This document shows positions 58,932-64,000 of a stretch of DNA of 64,000 nt, piece after piece (positions within the stretch are counted from its first letter, which is position 1; every line of letters starts with the position of its first letter). Made by a program: the position numbers and the translations under genes. This stretch comes from Cyanidioschyzon merolae (lineage: Eukaryota): assembly GCA_000091205.1 (NCBI GenBank), contig AP006484.2; one strand, given 5' to 3'. The notes under the pieces were generated by a model that had not been told where the DNA came from, made no database searches, and saw nothing but the letters and a program-made list of their open reading frames with translations.

Positions 58932-61315
58932 CTACTCTGGAGGTCTTTTCTCCAGCACCGCACATCTCCTTATATTGATAGCGGCGTTAAAGTCTCTGTT
59001 AACAAATTCCATACGTTTCTTGCCATCATTGGTTGTACTTACTAGTGCAAGTAGTCCTCGAACTTTTGCCATCCTTTCCATTTGCTCGTCTGTCAGCGGT
59101 CCGTACTTTGCGATTTCCTCAGGGCTCCACTGGCACTTTTCCATCTCGACCCTCTGAAGTCTACACCCCAGTTCATGGTGCGTATACGATGTTCGGAACT
59201 CATCTACGGATATTGTAACGAAACGTCGTGCACACTCTTTGTACACCCTCGTCGTTGGAGAAGACGTATTCTCTTTCTTGGGCGCCCAGCGCCCTGCCCC
59301 ATACGCTACTACGAGCCTCTGACTCTCATCCTCCTTCAAGGCGACCAACTGATTGAAAAAGTTGGCAAACGCCCGCTGTTTCCCGCCGTATAGATTCATT
59401 CGCAAACGAGCCCACCGGGGCTTGGTATCCTCCTCCCACAGCGCATCCCAATGAGCAACACGAATTTCCATGAATTTCCGAAAAGCTTCAAAGTCCGCTC
59501 CTCGGCTCGTCACCTCGCTCAAAGCTCCCAGGTGATCCTTCATTCCTGAATTCCAAGTCTCGATTTTCTTCCTCGCATTCATCATTCCCAATTCTCGATA
59601 GTATCTCGCTCTCGAGAACCCCAAAAGACGCATGTCTTTCTGACGCAAGTTACCGTCAATGCCATCTTCCGCACGCTTTGGTGCTGCGATGGTTATGATA
59701 TTCGTGTTCCCAGGGTCCGCGCCAACGACAAAGTCGTTATCCTGCACTTTCTGTGTCCGAGGGCCCGCCTTCTTGTTTTCTACATGCTTCGCCGCGCCAA
59801 CCATAAAGGCGTTATCCTACACCTCCTGCATCACAGGATCCGCCTCCTTCTCGTGTTCACCCTTGGTCACGTTAACGACAAAGTCGTTATCTTGCACTAT
59901 CTGCTTCTCAGAACGCGCCTTGTTGTTTTCTTCATGCTCAGACAGGCCAGCGACAAGGTTGTCATCCTCCACCTCCTGCATCGCAGGACCAGCCTCCTCC
60001 TTTTCTTCATCCTTCGTCACGTCAACGACAAGGTCGTTATCCGCACCTCCTGCGTCGCAGGATCCTCCTCTTTGTTTTCTTCATCCTTCGCCACGTCAAG
60101 GACGAGGTCATTATCCTCCACTTCCTATGTCGCAGGACCAGCCTCCTCCTTTTCTTCATCCTTTGTCACGGGCGCAGCCGAGGGCGCAACTGGCCGATCT
60201 CCCTTCAACGGCCGATAGTGTATACACAAGGCTACTCCATCGGTTTCAATCATCCCGCTGAACAACTTCTGCTTGCTCACTCTCAGAGGTTTGAAATCGA
60301 AGATGCTCTTCCTGTACGTCTCCCGGTTTTTACCAGAGAATTCCTCTGTGCTAACATTGGACTCTGGACTGATCTCCTTCATGATGCCATGAAGGACGCC
60401 GGAGTTGATAGTCACAAAATGTGACTCGATCTTGCACATTGGAACCACGTTGAAGCGCTTACCCATTAGGACAGACTTCCGTCTCTCCCACTCTTCATTT
60501 GTCTCTTCACTCAGCTTCATCTCCGCTTCGCGTTCGAGTTCACGGTCCAAAAACACAAGATACCGCAGGGAGAGGCGATAGTATTTTTCCTTATCTATTT
60601 TCAACTCTGATACCTTTTCTGTTGGATTCACCAGCCCCAAGACTGCACGGTGCTCTTGTATAGCCGCACGGGTTACAGAAGCTTCATTCGTGCTCCCTTT
60701 TGACGTCTACTTGTCGACAAATTCGACCTCACCTTGATGCTTGCGATCTCTCGTGATGCCATTGATCATCGCCCATATTCCTTTGCGAGAGATACCTGGG
60801 TAGAGTGCAACCGCGGCGCGTACTATGAAACATTCGAGGATCACTGTCAAATGGTTCTTCAGATTCGTGAGGTACTTCATCGCTCCGTATGTGTAAATAC
60901 CCTGGCCACCCTTGTATCGATTACCCTCGAAGCGGAATTCCGCGAAGTTTTCGTGGAGGCCGTCCACTAGCACATTTTCCTTCCGCGCTTCCGCTGTACC
61001 AAAGATGAGGTAACGAAAAAAGGTCTTTTCGAAAAACTCGTCCGGAATCTCGACCGTTTCCATGTGCGTCACGTCGCGATACATCTCCCTCGCTAAATGC
61101 ATCAGTCCTGACGACGCCTCTATAATACTCTTGGAGTCCGAATCGACACGGTTTCTGATAGCGTCTCGCAAATTTTCTCTGCAGGGATCCTTGACATGTC
61201 CAAGAAGAGAGGTATTCACAACCATCTCGTTGTACAGTCGTCTTTCTTGCAGCCTTCGACGCAGGACCTTCCCCTTTTGGGTCTTCTTCTCTTCCTTTTC
61301 TCCTGGACTCGGCAC
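58932..61315 (-). pseudogene. Fanzor-like (eukaryotic TnpB/IS605-OrfB family) RuvC nuclease gene, interrupted by an in-frame TAG and a frameshifting intragenic tandem repeat
   Basis: C-terminal 290-aa segment (58932-59804) has Ruv[24 protein letters not shown]. It has an IGDW-like LVVAYGAGRW. RuvC-II is TISVDEFRTSYTHHELGC with a Cys/His cluster. RuvC-III is NRDFNAAINIRRC, then stop. The N-terminal parts (60710-61315 and 60128-60706) share one frame but are separated by TAG at 60707-60709. They begin with a K/E/R-rich NLS-like stretch (GEKEEKKTQKGKVLRRRLQERR). The frame shifts in the repeat block 59700-60180. The track start at 61315 is GTG, so the true N-terminus is undefined. Confidence 0.6.
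59700..60180. repeat. intragenic tandem repeat (~74-bp units, ~5-6 diverged copies; 148-bp double unit) inside the Fanzor-like ORF
   Basis: gacaaagtcgttatcctgcac / gacaaggttgtcatcctccacctcctgcatcgcagga motifs recur at ~59729, 59808, 59877, 59953, 60027 and 60100. The units encode repeated ...[19 protein letters not shown]...[10 protein letters not shown]... peptides. The segment encoding the RuvC-I strand DNDFVV is reiterated three times. Confidence 0.75.
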
Positions 61316-62391
61316 TGTTTTTTGTTTTTTCTGGCAGCCTGCGACCCTGGGCCTCCAGGATCGTCGACTTCCTTTTCATAACTTTTCTTTTCTAGTTTTT
61401 TTAAATGAACCCTCTGTGAACGCTTCTGTTATATACTGCGAAAAATCAATCGAATATTTTCACTTGAGGGTTGAAACACAATCGAACTAAAAACTATACT
61501 TGCCTATGAAATTAACGAAAATACAACTTTTACACGAGAGCTAGACGCTAAAGATCAAGATCACGTTTCCCTTCAACGGCGGCGCGCGCGTCGTGTCTCA
61601 TATCTGCCCCAACTCTCAGGTACGCTCATCGAGCGCGATGCATGCGCTGCGCGAGACGCCTCATCGATCGATGAAGGACACGTGTCCGACACCCCGCCTT
61701 GGCATATGCGTGTTTGTATCGCGCTGCAGCTGAAGTAAAGTATCGTAGATTGGAAACTCACGTAGAGTAATCTCTTGCTATAGGCTCTGTCGCTGGTGCC
61801 GAAGCTACTGCCCATCGCAGTACCGCCTTGACATACATGGAGATGTAGGGGCCTGGCACGATACCCCTCGACGCTTCTATCAAAAGCGTAGCGTTCTCTG
61901 CGGCTTACGCTTGTCTGGATAAGGTACGCATCACTCTAGCCTTGAAGAGTTTCGTTAGTTTTATTGATCGTAAACAAACAAGGGACGGTAGGATTCCTGA
62001 ACACGGACATACGTTTAATTCCTATGCTTGTTATGCATGCCGCACGGACGCTGGAATAAGGACCTGACCTGAATTTTGCTTCTATCCCGCGTCATGGGCT
62101 AGAACCGATGATAGTTCAAGTCATTTCCATGCTATCGTCGTTGTCCAAGTTATGATGCCCGCTACGTCCCCCGGATCCGGTGGTCTCGGCAGAGGCATAC
62201 CACATATGTGGCGTCCATATCTGCCACGACGTTTGAGCCTTGCATCTCGCCTGGCACGATCGAGGCATCCGGCAATAGCACATATTGTGTTCTGATCTAC
62301 TCTATAAGATTGGTTTCAAGAGCCTAACCCGTACATCGAGCCCGGAAGCGACATAGCCAACAACAAATGCCTTTGAAAAGAAAAACTTTTT

Positions 62392-62464
62392 CGCCGGCCG
62401 TGCAGAGTAGTGGCGAGTGACCCGCCCCAGACATGACGTGTCCAACTGACGTGCAGACGCTTCC
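62392..62464. repeat. 73-nt direct repeat, right copy
   Basis: See the left copy at 58768-58840. The two lie ~3.55 kb apart in the same orientation. Confidence 0.6.
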
Positions 62465-62466
62465 AA

Positions 62467-62514
62467 AATAACGTAGCGCCGGAGGAAATTCCTTTACACC
62501 TCCTCTACGTTATT
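62467..62514. other. interrupted hairpin (10 bp + 5 bp stem) immediately after the right direct repeat
   Basis: aataacgtag-cgcc-ggagg-aaattcctttaca-cctcc-t-ctacgttatt. The outer 10-bp stem is perfect, and the inner ggagg/cctcc stem is also perfect. Confidence 0.4.
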
Positions 62515-62845
62515 CGTCAGTGAGCTGCTGCGACGTGTCTTCACGATAATTGTGATCTCTGAACTCAGCATCGCGGAGCGCTGACCGACCAGTACTGACG
62601 AGATTGTTGCTCGGAAAACAGCGAGTTTTGCCTAGTTTCTGAGAAATACTTTCAGCGCTTGTGCGGGTTGTGCTCAAAGTTGGACAGTCCAGGGGAGATT
62701 GAGGTCGGCATCAGCACCAATGGACGGGCGATCACACGTGCAGCAACGCAAAAGATGTTTTCGACTGGATATGCACACCTACGCGAAAGACTCTAGCCGG
62801 TGACGTGATCGACAGCTTTGCACCGGAGAAAATCTAACCGAGAAA

Positions 62846-63904
62846 ATGCAAGCTCTTTTCGTGTCTGTCCCGTTGTACCAGGAAAGACACATTGTTCGCG
62901 CGCGCGCTGCAATTCGAGCACCGTTCCCGCTGCGTACTGCACGTGATGGGTGCTTCGCAGCTGGACATTGTCAACATTGTCAGCATCCGCTGCCCTTTGT
63001 GGTGCAGCGTTCGCCTGTAGCGCGCCGGCATCGTATGCTGCATCTTCATATGGGCCCGAAACAGTCGCAGATCGCCGTGATCACTGGCGCGTCCTCTGGG
63101 GTCGGTCTGTATGCAGCTCGCGCTCTGATCAACAAGGGCAACTTGCACGTCGTCATCGCATGTCGTGACATCGACCGGGCGGAACGCGCAGCAAACAGCG
63201 TGAACCTTCTAAAGGACGCCTATACCGTGCTGCATTGTAGTCCGGCTGATTTTGCCTTTGTACTAAAGTTTGTGAGAGAGCTATCGAGTGTGGCGCGCAT
63301 CGATCACCTAGATACCCTGATCTGCAATGCCGCAATCTGGCATCCGCGGGACAAGAAACCGCGTTTCACGGTGGACGGCATCGAGGAAACCATGCAGGTA
63401 TGCCATCTGAGCCATTTGCTTCTATGCCGGGAGCTGTTGCCGAAGCTGAAAATATCGCGCGGGCGCATTGTGTTTCTGACAACTCAGACCCATTCGACGA
63501 ATTCGCTGCCGGGAAGGATCCCCCCGCGGGCTCGCCTCGGCGATTTGTCTGGTCTAGCCGCGGGGCTTGATCCGCAGACGACTGGCATGGTAGGCAGTGG
63601 TCCGTTTGAGCCCACAAAAGCCTACAAAGTCGCCAAAGCCGCTAGCGTGTTGACAATGAAGGCGCTTAGTGATCGATACGGCCGCGATGGGGTGACCTCT
63701 GTGACGATTTTCCCGGGATGTGTCGCCGATAGCAACCTCTACCGCGAAAAGCTTGGCTGGTTCCGCTACGTATTCTTCCCGATTCTTCAGAAGTATATCA
63801 CTCGGCAATACGTTCCGAATGATGAGGCCGGCCGCCGTATAGCCGAAGTGGCGACCCAGGGACAGTTCTCGGACTCGGGCTCGTATTATCAGTGGCGTGG
63901 CTAA
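62846..63904 (+). CDS. POR: light-dependent NADPH:protochlorophyllide oxidoreductase (LPOR, SDR family) with N-terminal plastid transit-peptide-like extension
   Basis: ATG at 62846. IAVITGASSGVGLYAARAL...HVVIACRD...ERAAN matches the LPOR N-terminus (AVITGASSGLGLATAKAL...HVIMACRD...ERAAK). Also LICNAAIWHP, IPPRARLGDLSGLAAGL (the LPOR-specific loop), the active site YKVAKAAS, IFPGCVADSNLYRE and FPILQKYITRQYVPNDEAGRRIAEV. The ~65-aa presequence MQALFVSVPL... is basic with a Phe at position 5. Confidence 0.85.
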   Translation: MQALFVSVPLYQERHIVRARAAIRAPFPLRTARDGCFAAGHCQHCQHPLPFVVQRSPVARRHRMLHLHMGPKQSQIAVITGASSGVGLYAARALINKGNLHVVIACRDIDRAERAANSVNLLKDAYTVLHCSPADFAFVLKFVRELSSVARIDHLDTLICNAAIWHPRDKKPRFTVDGIEETMQVCHLSHLLLCRELLPKLKISRGRIVFLTTQTHSTNSLPGRIPPRARLGDLSGLAAGLDPQTTGMVGSGPFEPTKAYKVAKAASVLTMKALSDRYGRDGVTSVTIFPGCVADSNLYREKLGWFRYVFFPILQKYITRQYVPNDEAGRRIAEVATQGQFSDSGSYYQWRG

Positions 63905-64000
63905 TATATGGAAGGTCGAGAGAAGACGAAACCGCAGGTTATTGAACCAACTTACGTAATCGACAAGGCAGATCAGCTTTACGAACTGAGTTTTGACGAT

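Larger units (their letters stand above)
58914..61625 (-). mobile_element. putative Fanzor/TnpB-family (OMEGA-type) element carrying a RuvC-like nuclease gene, ~2.7 kb
   Basis: Boundaries are inferred from the points where homology with the deleted copy at 34040-34700 starts and ends. The 3' boundary lies ~18 bp past the ORF stop. The 5' side includes an AT-rich ~300-bp upstream region (61316-61625). Confidence 0.45.

Noticed and set aside
60641-60706. 56-nt GT...AG candidate intron beginning at the in-frame TAG of the nuclease gene
   Set aside because: The flanking ORF parts are already in the same frame, and 56 is not a multiple of three, so splicing would break the frame. A nonsense mutation or readthrough is more parsimonious.
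1-64000. Kinetoplastid-type polycistronic arrangement (considered because of GC content and intronless genes)
   Set aside because: Genes alternate strands gene-by-gene. A plastid-targeted LPOR and a permuted tRNA point to an alga instead.
1-64000. Telomeric or subtelomeric repeat signatures
   Set aside because: No TTAGGG-type or G-rich telomeric runs are present in the window.

Overview
This 64 kb window is GC-rich (~55-58%), intron-poor eukaryotic nuclear DNA with compact, mostly single-exon genes on alternating strands. Recognisable genes are PEX3, an M50 site-2 protease, MoeA, SPT6 (2113 aa, with poly-Q/poly-A tracts), NOG1, a small Tim, APS kinase, an ABHD-type hydrolase, a CDGSH protein, a Sac1 phosphoinositide phosphatase, S-adenosylhomocysteine hydrolase, an amylosucrase-like GH13 enzyme, a SHAQKYF-class MYB and a light-dependent protochlorophyllide reductase whose N-terminus looks like a plastid transit peptide with a Phe near the start. 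That gene set, the near absence of introns and a circularly permuted tRNA gene are consistent with a unicellular red alga of the Cyanidiophyceae type; this is an inference, not a demonstration. The ORF track calls M at GTG/TTG/CTG codons. For NOG1, the ABHD hydrolase, Sac1, MoeA, PEX3, the site-2 protease and GH13 I read the sequence, found the track's start was not ATG and moved the start to the first in-frame ATG. For the Fanzor-like ORF the track's start is also not ATG (GTG) and no ATG start was placed, so its N-terminus is undefined. The most notable content is a Fanzor/TnpB-like RuvC nuclease gene at 58.9-61.3 kb (eukaryotic RNA-guided-endonuclease family). It lies on a ~2.7 kb element flanked by 73-nt direct repeats, and a ~660 bp internally deleted derivative at 34.0-34.7 kb keeps both element termini, including the ORF 3' end where the ωRNA (omega RNA) guide scaffold would lie. 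Other notable features are a 92-bp satellite array with a 7-unit higher-order repeat that derives from the 5' end of a ~560 bp dispersed repeat, a second 94-bp satellite, and several small dispersed repeats. Large stretches (25.2-31.7, 39-42, 44.2-47, 48.6-51.8, 54.4-57.4 kb) have no convincing genes. I could not search exhaustively for tRNAs or snRNAs by eye.
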